Shown here one piece after another: positions 8,000 to 15,584 of a stretch of 64,000 nucleotides of DNA. A model generated the notes under the pieces. It had not been told where the DNA came from and did not search any database. It worked only from the letters and a program-made list of their open reading frames with translations. This stretch comes from an uncultured Rickettsiales bacterium (GTDB lineage: Bacteria > Pseudomonadota > Alphaproteobacteria > Rickettsiales > UBA1997): positions 2,406-66,405 of the forward strand of contig CALXSC010000110.1 of assembly GCA_944391025.1 (NCBI GenBank). Reading direction: 5' to 3'. The translations under genes and the position numbers were made by a program. Numbering within the stretch: position 1 is the first letter of the stretch; each line of letters starts with the position of its first letter.

Positions 8000-8148
8000 G
8001 TGATCGAGTTAAAATAATTCGTAGTCATAGTGATGATTTAGGTAAAGAAGGAATTATTGTAGAAGTACGTCCTTCATTCTGTAAAATTGAGATTGAAGGC
8101 TATTCTAAGCCAAAAAATCATTGTTATGGTCAATTTGAGCGAATTTAA
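7969..8148 (+). CDS. small KOW/SH3-like protein (59 aa, below track cutoff)
   Basis: ATG 7969 to TAA 8146; MGKNYKLWNVGDRVKIIRSHSDDLGKEGIIVEVRPSFCKIEIEG... has a G-D-x-V-x-I...G..G.I pattern. Confidence 0.4.
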   Translation: MGKNYKLWNVGDRVKIIRSHSDDLGKEGIIVEVRPSFCKIEIEGYSKPKNHCYGQFERI

Positions 8149-8576
8149 AGCCCTTCGAGGTTAGTGGAAGCCAGCCCTTGCGATTTTATAAAACACTTAT
8201 CTGGTATACTAGGTTGGGTATCCTAGTTGTGGAAAGTTTTAGGATTTTTATCACCAATCAAAAAGAAAAAATCATTTTTAGATTTGTAGATTACTTATAT
8301 TATTAACTTAAACTTTTTGTATTATGTTAGAATGGATTAAAAAAGTTATCAAGTGGTACTTAGACCAACTTAAAGACACTAACGTTTTTGTCCCTACAGG
8401 CATGATACCTGTTTAGGAGTAATCAGATTATTAGATAGGACATTCTCAATACGGAGAATGCTCCTGATGTAGAGAGAAATAAAAGGAACACGTTCTACTA
8501 ACCTCCACGTGGTGTGTTCTGGATAAACAACTGATAAGTAGAGTAAAGAAATAAAATGTTTAATTAAAAAAAAACT

Positions 8577-8714
8577 ATGGCCAACAAAAAATTTATAATT
8601 GATGGAGAAAGAGTTATCTAGTAGTCTCCAGATGGTACTTTGACATATACAATAGATTGGTCTGGAGATATGTCAAAATTATTAGACTTTTTTAAAACAT
8701 TGCCTCTAATGTGA
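8577..8714 (+). CDS. small hypothetical ORF containing two consecutive in-frame TAG codons
   Basis: ATG 8577, TAG TAG at 8619-8624, TGA 8712-8714; otherwise open and hydrophilic. Confidence 0.35.
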
Positions 8715-8720
8715 TTAGTT

Positions 8721-9047
8721 ATGGAAATAGAATTAGATTATAATGAAGAACGTAAAATAGCTTCTTCTTTATCAGATGAAGAGTTAATGAATAAATATTG
8801 TGAGGGAGCTTTGTCTTTTGCAGAATATCATGAATTTTGTGATAGGATTGCAGAGAAAGATGCGGAAAAAGGCATAAGAGTGTCCTTTATGCCGTATGAA
8901 TTATATCTCGCAGAATATAAGGAATTGCTAAGTCAGCCTTATACATCCGTGACATGTGAAGGACCTATAATAAAACTCTCTGATGAACCAATTAAAACAG
9001 AACCTCCCAAAAAGAAAAATTTTTGGAATAAATTGTTTGATATATAA
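8721..9047 (+). CDS. hypothetical protein
   Basis: Track ORF 108 aa. Confidence 0.65.
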   Translation: MEIELDYNEERKIASSLSDEELMNKYCEGALSFAEYHEFCDRIAEKDAEKGIRVSFMPYELYLAEYKELLSQPYTSVTCEGPIIKLSDEPIKTEPPKKKNFWNKLFDI

Positions 9048-9048
9048 A

Positions 9049-9073
9049 AGAGAGTTACCTAAGATAACTCTCT
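9049..9073. terminator. hairpin between convergent genes
   Basis: 8-9 bp stem GAGAGTTA/TAACTCTC, loop CCTAAGA; T-rich on + strand, TTTT after it on - strand. Confidence 0.55.
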
Positions 9074-9089
9074 CTTGTAATACATCTAA

Positions 9090-9278
9090 TTACCTAGATT
9101 TCATCGTCTTTGAGACGAAGTGACAGTAGATTTCATACAGAATAGAGATGCAACCTACTGGAATACTTACTATTGGAAATATCATTCCTATTATAGTAAG
9201 TACAACACTGATTATAAGCTAGTGATGCTATTCAATCAGTGCATATAAATTCTTCATAAGTTTAAAGAATTTATTCAT
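9090..9278 (-). CDS. small membrane protein with two in-frame TAGs; the only minus-strand gene inside the plus-strand block
   Basis: Minus-strand GAAAGGAGGTGTTT-ATG; MNKFFKLMKNLYALIE-TAG-HH-TAG-LIISVVLTIIGMIFPIVSIPVGCISILYEIYCHFVSKTMKSR; frame checked, 62 codons. Confidence 0.5.
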
Positions 9279-10030
9279 AAACACCTCCTTTCCTCTTTAA
9301 AATTAGACATGCAATGTTATAGTACTGGTCATTGCTTCTACCATTTTACAAAGAAACTAATTTTAAATGAAAGGAGGTGTTTACTTGGAAATTTTTAAAA
9401 GAGAAACAGGAAAGAAGCTCTACACTCCTTTCCTGAAGAGTAAACTCTTTTTAGAATAAAGCTATGATAGAGACTGCTAATGACAGTACTTCTATCACGA
9501 CTATCTACCAAAGAGATAGTCTTTCTAATTGAGTTTCCTGCTTTTTAGGAAACTCAATCTAAAACTTGAATGAAAATTTTATTTTCATAGGTTTTGAGAT
9601 TAAAGTTTCAGGCTAAAAGTCCTCCAGCCATACTCGGACTAAATTTCCTGAAACTGGAGTATCCTAGCAATAGGATACTTTATTTTGAATAATTATTTAA
9701 ACAATATAGTATCTTTGCAGCCCAAGAGAGGAGGATAGTTGGTATTCCTCCAATTGGAAAAGCTAAAATATCCATTGAATGACACAAGACCAACTATCTT
9801 CAATTATTGCTTGAAGAATTGTCATTATAATGAAACAAATAACTTTCCAAACCGTCTTTTTGATTTTAGCCTTCCAAATAGCTAGATGGTGAAAAATTCG
9901 CTATTGGAGGCTTTTAAATATCATAGGCAAAATTTTTTAAAATTACTATAAGCACTATTGCTTATAGAGGCTGCAAAGATACAAATTCAGATTAAGGTAG
10001 CATTTATGTGCTACTTTAATCTTTGTTTTT
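9279..10030. other. hairpin-dense non-coding island
   Basis: No ORF over 25 codons on either strand even with TAG as sense; at least 12 perfect 7-15 bp stems found by eye (details in findings). Confidence 0.5.
9709..9982. repeat. element bounded by 14-bp perfect inverted repeat GTATCTTTGCAGCC / GGCTGCAAAGATAC
   Basis: Arms 9709-9722 and 9969-9982; same arms (one transition) bound 11602-11696. Confidence 0.5.
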
Positions 10031-10031
10031 T
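9989..10031 (+). terminator. strong intrinsic terminator
   Basis: 14-bp stem AGATTAAGGTAGCA/TGCTACTTTAATCT (one G-U), then TTGTTTTTT. Confidence 0.7.
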
Positions 10032-10044
10032 AGAAATAATATAT

Positions 10045-10054
10045 TATATTTGTA
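10045..10054 (+). promoter_or_regulatory. Bacteroidota-type -7 box TATATTTGTA, with TTTG 19 nt upstream
   Basis: Matches TAnnTTTG; TTTG at 10022-10025; ATG at 10057 is only 5 nt after the box G. Confidence 0.5.
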
Positions 10055-10056
10055 CA

Positions 10057-10674
10057 ATGAATGATATTGAACAACAATCAGACAATACTAGAGTAGCAAT
10101 GCCTCTATAGAGAATGCCAGTAATTCCTTATGATTATATGGCGGAAGCACTAAGAATTAGGCAATCTACTCCTGAGTTTAAATAGGATAACAGAACTGAA
10201 AGTTAGAAGAAACATGATAATATGGTATCTGATTATCTTATTTATGAAGATTAGAAATAGAAGAATTTACAAGAAGCTGGTAAAGCAGTAGATGCTATGT
10301 TAACTATGGTTTCTCCATCCACTTATGTTGGAGCAGCTACAAGAAATAATGATAAATCCTATTGGGAGAACGTAGCTTCTGGAGAGGGATTTGGTAACTT
10401 CTGGGGAAATTTCCTTTTTGATAGTGCAGTAGCAGGAATAGCAGGACTTGCTGCGAAAGGAGCAGCAAAAGGAGCTAGTAAATAGGTTACTAAACAGATA
10501 GATGAAGAACTTATAGATGATATACAAAATAGAGTTACTGAATATTTATCTTATCCTGGGATTTCCAAAAATGTGAAAATTCATATTACGAATGAATCAG
10601 CTTAGGAAGCTAAAAATTTATTAGGTAATGATGCAGAATATGTTAATTTTGGAGAGAAAATGCCCTTGGATTAA
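10057..10674 (+). CDS. hypothetical protein with 7 in-frame TAGs (includes track ORF 10297-10485)
   Basis: 205 codons from ATG 10057 to TAA 10672 with no TAA or TGA; frame arithmetic checked. Confidence 0.65.
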
Positions 10675-10718
10675 GAGTTCCTACAAAGTTAAGTTAGAGA
10701 ACTAAGGATTACTATAAA

Positions 10719-11339
10719 ATGCTGGAAGAAAGATTTAAAGCATTTGGAATAAAATTGCCAGATGATTTTGATATATCAAATGTGCCAGCATATAAAATAT
10801 ATGCACCTGAATTTGCAGATGATGCTGGAAATATACGGATACATAATTATAAGGATGAGGTAAAAGGAATCCAAGATTTTTATGGATGGAAAGGATTTCA
10901 TACAGATAACCCTAACGAAATTTATATCAGAGAACATATTCAAAATAAAACTCCTAAAAATTTTAATCGTAATAATACAGAGTTACATGAAGCATTACAT
11001 GTTACCGACAAATACATTCCTGATGAAATTAAGAAAATATATAAAGAAATGTCTGGATTTTCAGATGATGTTGAATGGAATGAAAGAAGAAATACTAAAC
11101 ATCAAGTTGATTTAGTGATGAAAGAGAAGTATGGAAATAATTACTCTCGACATTTAAATCCAGATGTAAAAGAGGAATATAAATAGGAAATAGTAGATGA
11201 TTTCGTTAATGCAATGCACAATATGAATGGATATGGTGAAAGTTGGGTATATTCTAAAAAGAGTTGGGAAGATATGAGAAAAGTTCTTCCTTTACCAATA
11301 TTAACTTTACCATTATTACAGCAATAGAATTATAAATGA
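10719..11339 (+). CDS. HExxH-motif protein (putative Zn-metallopeptidase-like), 2 in-frame TAGs
   Basis: Track ORF 10719-11186 ends in TAG; frame stays open through TAG 11325 to TGA 11337; motif TELHEALHV. Confidence 0.6.
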
Positions 11340-11340
11340 T

Positions 11341-11583
11341 ATGATTGAAGTAAATGACAAACTAATGTCTCCTGATGAATATCGAGAATATACTCGTAAT
11401 ACAAATGGAATCGACATTTCTTGGTATTCTTATACTGAATATTTAGGAATACCTTCTGAACAAGTAGAAAAGGATAGACTTACTACAGATTATGATAAAC
11501 TTTGTTGGAAATACTATCAAGAAACATTAGATAGAATGAAGCAATGGGAAAGAGAGGAAGCTAAAGAAAAGTCTCTAGAATAA
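11341..11583 (+). CDS. hypothetical protein
   Basis: Track ORF 80 aa. Confidence 0.65.
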   Translation: MIEVNDKLMSPDEYREYTRNTNGIDISWYSYTEYLGIPSEQVEKDRLTTDYDKLCWKYYQETLDRMKQWEREEAKEKSLE

Positions 11584-11601
11584 ACTATTTAAATAACGTA
11601 C

Positions 11602-11696
11602 AGTATCTTTGTAGCCAACCTTAAACAATACCATTGAAGCTTTTCATTCTTTTTGTTTTACCATAACTATAAATTACCATAGGCTACAAAGATACT
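11602..11696. repeat. element bounded by 15-bp perfect inverted repeat AGTATCTTTGTAGCC / GGCTACAAAGATACT, followed by T-run
   Basis: Arms 11602-11616 and 11682-11696; 65-nt interior; could also act as a terminator. Confidence 0.5.
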
Positions 11697-11713
11697 TTTT
11701 TAATTACTTTGTT

Positions 11714-12400
11714 ATGAATTTACTTATAACCTCATTTAATATTAAAAATACTATTCCAGATTACGAAGGATATAGATCAAAAGATATTTATAAACTTATA
11801 GAATCTTATGATATTGTATGCTTACAGGAACTTACTCCGATTACAAATATTTTATTACGCCACTTTATGAGAAAAACTCATAAATTTTATGGATGTATGT
11901 TTGGTACTGGAGTATTTGTTAATAAGAAATTTAAAATTAAAAAGAAAAGAAAGATCAAATTATTTGATAATCTCGTAGAGGTTATTAAAGATGTTGATAA
12001 CTACAGGAAAGCTACATTTGTAGAAGTAGAAATAGATTCTAATACTTCTCTTAAAGTTTATTCTTGTCATTTTGGATTTAATACTGAATGGTATACAAAT
12101 TATAGTTCTTTACAAGATGCTATAAGAAATACTGATAAATCTAATTTATTGATATGTGGTGATTTTAATATTACTCCAGATAGTAATAATTATTCACTTC
12201 TTAAACATATTGATAATTTAAACTTAAATGATTTGAATGTACATAATCTTCCTACATTTCATGGTTTTAATGAAGATACAAAGGCATGGAAGATTATTGA
12301 TTATACTTTAACTAATGTAAATTATAAAAGAAGTATATTCTTTACGAATTATAGTGAAGTATCTGATCATCTTCGATTAGGTATAGATCTTTCATTATAA
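11714..12400 (+). CDS. endonuclease/exonuclease/phosphatase (EEP) family protein
   Basis: Track ORF; LITSFNI, CLQEL, ICGDFNITPD, IDYTL, SDH motifs in EEP order. Confidence 0.75.
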   Translation: MNLLITSFNIKNTIPDYEGYRSKDIYKLIESYDIVCLQELTPITNILLRHFMRKTHKFYGCMFGTGVFVNKKFKIKKKRKIKLFDNLVEVIKDVDNYRKATFVEVEIDSNTSLKVYSCHFGFNTEWYTNYSSLQDAIRNTDKSNLLICGDFNITPDSNNYSLLKHIDNLNLNDLNVHNLPTFHGFNEDTKAWKIIDYTLTNVNYKRSIFFTNYSEVSDHLRLGIDLSL

Positions 12401-12410
12401 TTTTAAGTAT

Positions 12411-12493
12411 TCCGCCTTCGCATAGAGGTTGATTGCACTAAATTTGTAATTTAGATCCTTAAGGACACGTCAGTTCGAATCTGACAGGCGGAT
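12411..12493 (+). tRNA. class II (long variable arm) tRNA with anticodon UGU; amino-acid identity unclear
   Basis: Perfect 7-bp acceptor TCCGCCT/AGGCGGA; T arm GTCAG-TTCGAAT-CTGAC; anticodon stem CTAAA/TTTAG with loop TTTGTAA; 14-nt variable arm ATCCTTAAGGACAC. Confidence 0.6.
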
Positions 12494-12722
12494 CAAAATA
12501 AAAATTAAAATATTATATAGACTGTGGGAAGGAATCCAGGTTCGAATCCTGTTTGGAAATAGACTACACAACATTGTTTGTCGATTTGGTGTATAGAAAG
12601 GTTAGCACATTCCATAGTTTATTTACTTAGGATGCTTGTTATTAACTTCCTTAACTTGTATATTATAGTGTTAGAAAAATAAAACAAATTGTAAAGAAGC
12701 TATTATAAAAAATTAAAATATT

Positions 12723-12926
12723 ATGGAAAGAAATTTAGTTATACAAGTACCAGGTGTTTTGAGTTTATTAGGAATTGCATTTATAATATTAAAATTATGT
12801 AATGTCATTACATGGTCGTGGATAGCAGTATTAGCTCCTTTTTGGATACCTGTACTGATTGTATTTTGTGGTACAATATGTGCATTACTTATACTGCTAG
12901 TTTACTATATAATAAAATTAAAATAA
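12723..12926 (+). CDS. hypothetical membrane protein
   Basis: Track ORF 67 aa, two TM helices. Confidence 0.6.
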   Translation: MERNLVIQVPGVLSLLGIAFIILKLCNVITWSWIAVLAPFWIPVLIVFCGTICALLILLVYYIIKLK

Positions 12927-12957
12927 TGCTGTGAAGCATGAATAACTTTTTGGCTTA

Positions 12958-12988
12958 GTAAGGTACTTTATAGTACCTTACATTTTTT
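12958..12988 (+). terminator. intrinsic terminator
   Basis: 9-bp stem GTAAGGTAC/GTACCTTAC, loop TTTATA, then ATTTTTT. Confidence 0.6.
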
Positions 12989-13076
12989 GGAGAATTGCTA
13001 GAATGGTAATAGGCCTGACTTGAAATCAGAGGCAACGTAATCATCCGTTGAATAGGTTCGATTCCTATATTCTCCT
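12989..13076 (+). tRNA. tRNA-Ser (anticodon UGA)
   Basis: Acceptor GGAGAAT/ATTCTCC; loop CTTGAAA; 5-bp variable-arm stem CAACG/CGTTG; T arm ATAGG-TTCGATT-CCTAT. Confidence 0.8.
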
Positions 13077-13081
13077 CTAAT

Positions 13082-13111
13082 AAGAGTATCAGTATTCTGG
13101 TACTCTTTTTT
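13082..13111 (+). terminator. terminator-like hairpin after tRNA-Ser
   Basis: Stem AAGAGTA/TACTCTT followed by TTTTTT. Confidence 0.55.
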
Positions 13112-13141
13112 ATATGTATAATGTTTAAAATTAATTAATTT

Positions 13142-14176
13142 ATGAACAAATTTTTAGTTTACACTTCAAATCCTCCCTTCCAACCTAAGAACTTGGAAGA
13201 AGTAATTAACTGGGCTAAAGATGAATGCAAATTTATGATAGCCCCAGTAGAACTTAATGCTTATCTTCAAAACGTTAAAGTAGGCGATAACCTTATTACT
13301 AAGAAAGGTAATTCTCTTTACGTATTGAGAGTTATTGAAACTAGTCTTGAAGATATGAATGATGAAGATAGAGAATACATCGACAATCTTGCACGTAATT
13401 ATAACTTGAAGAAAGTTAATATTACTAGTGTAGCCAATCGTGTTAAATTTGAAACTTGGTGTCAAACAGTTAAACCACTTATTAATCAAACTTCTAACAA
13501 ATCAACTAAAATGAATTCAGTAAAAGACTTTACAGCTCGTATGAAAGAAATGTTTATGCCTACTGAGGCTAAAGATGTACGTATTGCCACTGATGGTAAT
13601 TTGTGTGTAGCAACTCAACATGGATATGTAACGATTGATAAAAATAATAATCTTACTTCTTATCCTGAAGAGTTAACTATCGATCTTCCTGTATTTATTA
13701 TTTGCAAGCCTAAGGAACAAATTGCAGTTGGTGATGTTATTGCTCTTGATAATAGTTATGCTAAAGTAACTAAGATTAATGGCGATAAAATTAGTGCTAT
13801 TAGTTATACAGGTGCAGGACGTTCTATTCGTACAATTAAGGACTTCTTGTTTAATCAAACTATGATTAGAGTAGTTGTATCTCTTGCTGGTAATATTGGT
13901 GGACAAATTAACCCTATGATGTTGATGATGTTGTCGAAAGACAAGGATTCTCTTCTTCCTCTGCTGATGATGAATCAGAATATGGGAGCCGTAGGGATGA
14001 ATCCTATGATGCTGATGATGCTTTCTAAAGAAGACATTTCTATGAAAGATCTTCTTTTGATGTCTTCTCTGAATGGAGATAATATGTTTGCTAATATGTT
14101 TACTACTCCTCAACAAACTGCTACAAAAGAACCTGCTGAGGAATATCCAGAAGAAGCTGCTGAAATTGAAGACTAA
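13142..14176 (+). CDS. hypothetical protein with Met-rich tandem repeat (NPMMLMMLSK x2) and acidic tail
   Basis: Track ORF 344 aa; flanked by terminators on both sides; GC-richer codons. Confidence 0.8.
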   Translation: MNKFLVYTSNPPFQPKNLEEVINWAKDECKFMIAPVELNAYLQNVKVGDNLITKKGNSLYVLRVIETSLEDMNDEDREYIDNLARNYNLKKVNITSVANRVKFETWCQTVKPLINQTSNKSTKMNSVKDFTARMKEMFMPTEAKDVRIATDGNLCVATQHGYVTIDKNNNLTSYPEELTIDLPVFIICKPKEQIAVGDVIALDNSYAKVTKINGDKISAISYTGAGRSIRTIKDFLFNQTMIRVVVSLAGNIGGQINPMMLMMLSKDKDSLLPLLMMNQNMGAVGMNPMMLMMLSKEDISMKDLLLMSSLNGDNMFANMFTTPQQTATKEPAEEYPEEAAEIED

Positions 14177-14188
14177 AAAGTAAATATA

Positions 14189-14222
14189 GTAACACTCCTA
14201 TATAAGGGAGTGTTACTTTTTT
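14189..14222 (+). terminator. strong intrinsic terminator
   Basis: 10-bp perfect stem GTAACACTCC/GGAGTGTTAC, then TTTTTT. Confidence 0.75.
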
Positions 14223-14232
14223 ATACAAAAGT

Positions 14233-14955
14233 ATGAATGAATTTAGATATTTAAGTTATCACACTAGATATTCTAGTGAAGGTGATACACCAGTTCGTTT
14301 AGGTAATTATGCTTGTTTTAGTAGTATTTTTCATGATAGGAATGGTATTTTAAACAACTACTATGAAATAGTACTATACACTGATATTAATAACGCTAAA
14401 GAAAATTATAATAATAATTATTGTCCTTTTTCTGAAAAACTTATAAATAGACATATTCATTTACTTACATATTTATTTCCTATTAAATGGAGACTTTCTA
14501 CAGACGATGATACTATAATAGTACATGTAGAATTAAAAGGAATAAAAATGTATCATTTATATGCTTTAGCGTGGATTAGGTATCTATATGAATTTCCATA
14601 TAATATGATTCTGATGGATGCTTATAACTTAAAGAGTAATAAACTTTTTACCTTTACTTCTATCGAAACTCTCTTTAATTTAATTTCAGCAAATTATGAA
14701 AATCAATTTGACGGATTACATGCTCTTTATCCACCAGAGGTACACATACCTATGAAAATTAAGCAATTACGAAAAAAACTTGAAACAGTTAATAGGTTAC
14801 ATGATATTTTTAATAGCATGAATACTAGAGTATGGCAACAACCTGATGTACCTTGGTATTCTCCTTATGATGTAGAATTTTGGAGTGATGAATTTTATCC
14901 TATAAGAGAAACTTGTTATATAGATTATTATTTAAATTTCGTTAAAAGAAAATGA
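14233..14955 (+). CDS. hypothetical protein, first gene of the amidoligase operon
   Basis: Track ORF 240 aa; stop overlaps next start (ATGA). Confidence 0.75.
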   Translation: MNEFRYLSYHTRYSSEGDTPVRLGNYACFSSIFHDRNGILNNYYEIVLYTDINNAKENYNNNYCPFSEKLINRHIHLLTYLFPIKWRLSTDDDTIIVHVELKGIKMYHLYALAWIRYLYEFPYNMILMDAYNLKSNKLFTFTSIETLFNLISANYENQFDGLHALYPPEVHIPMKIKQLRKKLETVNRLHDIFNSMNTRVWQQPDVPWYSPYDVEFWSDEFYPIRETCYIDYYLNFVKRK

Positions 14956-15584
14956 AAATATTTGTAGTAGGAAATAGCAAAAATTATGCTAATTTCATTG
15001 AAAATGCTGAATTAGTCGATAATTTAGAAGAAGCGCAATGTGTATTATTTACTGGAGGGGAAGACGTAGATCCTTCATTATATGGATGCGAAAAACATGA
15101 ATATACCTACTCTAATTTAAGTAGAGATCTAAAGGAGAAGAAAATTTTTGATAAAGTTAATCCTGAGACTCAAATTTGTGTAGGTGTATGTCGTGGATCA
15201 CAATTAATGTGCATTTTAAACGGAGGTTTGCTTGTACAAGACTGCGATAATCATGCTGTACCTCATACTCATGCAATAACTGATGGAGAAACTATGTATG
15301 AAATTACATCTACTCATCATCAGATGCAATATCCATATAATTTATCTACAGAACATTATAAGGTTTTGTATACAGCTTGTCCTAGGTTAAGTCATTACTA
15401 TTCAGGTGATAAAATTAACTCTGAACTTATTAAAAGAAATGGAGAACCTGAAGTAGTATTGTATACTAAACCTAATCTACCTATTTGTTTAGCGATTCAA
15501 GGACATCCAGAAATGATTCCTGAATCTCCTGTTTCTAAAATGTTAAGTGATCTAATAAATAATTTAGTAAAAAATGATAAGTAA
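14952..15584 (+). CDS. class I glutamine amidotransferase / peptidase C26 (gamma-glutamyl hydrolase-like)
   Basis: GGEDVDPSLYG, nucleophile elbow GVCRGSQ, QGHPE. Confidence 0.75.
   Translation: MKIFVVGNSKNYANFIENAELVDNLEEAQCVLFTGGEDVDPSLYGCEKHEYTYSNLSRDLKEKKIFDKVNPETQICVGVCRGSQLMCILNGGLLVQDCDNHAVPHTHAITDGETMYEITSTHHQMQYPYNLSTEHYKVLYTACPRLSHYYSGDKINSELIKRNGEPEVVLYTKPNLPICLAIQGHPEMIPESPVSKMLSDLINNLVKNDK

Noticed and set aside
9385-9459. 24-codon TTG-initiated ORF downstream of the right GAAAGGAGGTG arm.
   Set aside because: It is too short, has a non-ATG start, and overlaps two hairpins. It is kept only as context for the inverted-repeat finding.
9709-9982. Retron-like msr/msd, or a diversity-generating template, bounded by the inverted repeat.
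   Set aside because: There is no reverse transcriptase gene anywhere in the window, and no template/variable repeat pair.
12520-12575. tRNA-like T arm (CCAGG-TTCGAAT-CCTGT) just downstream of the class II tRNA, flanked by ATAGACT direct repeats.
   Set aside because: I could find no acceptor, D or anticodon stems in either flank, and the first T-stem pair is mismatched. It is probably a tRNA fragment, and I cannot support it as a gene.
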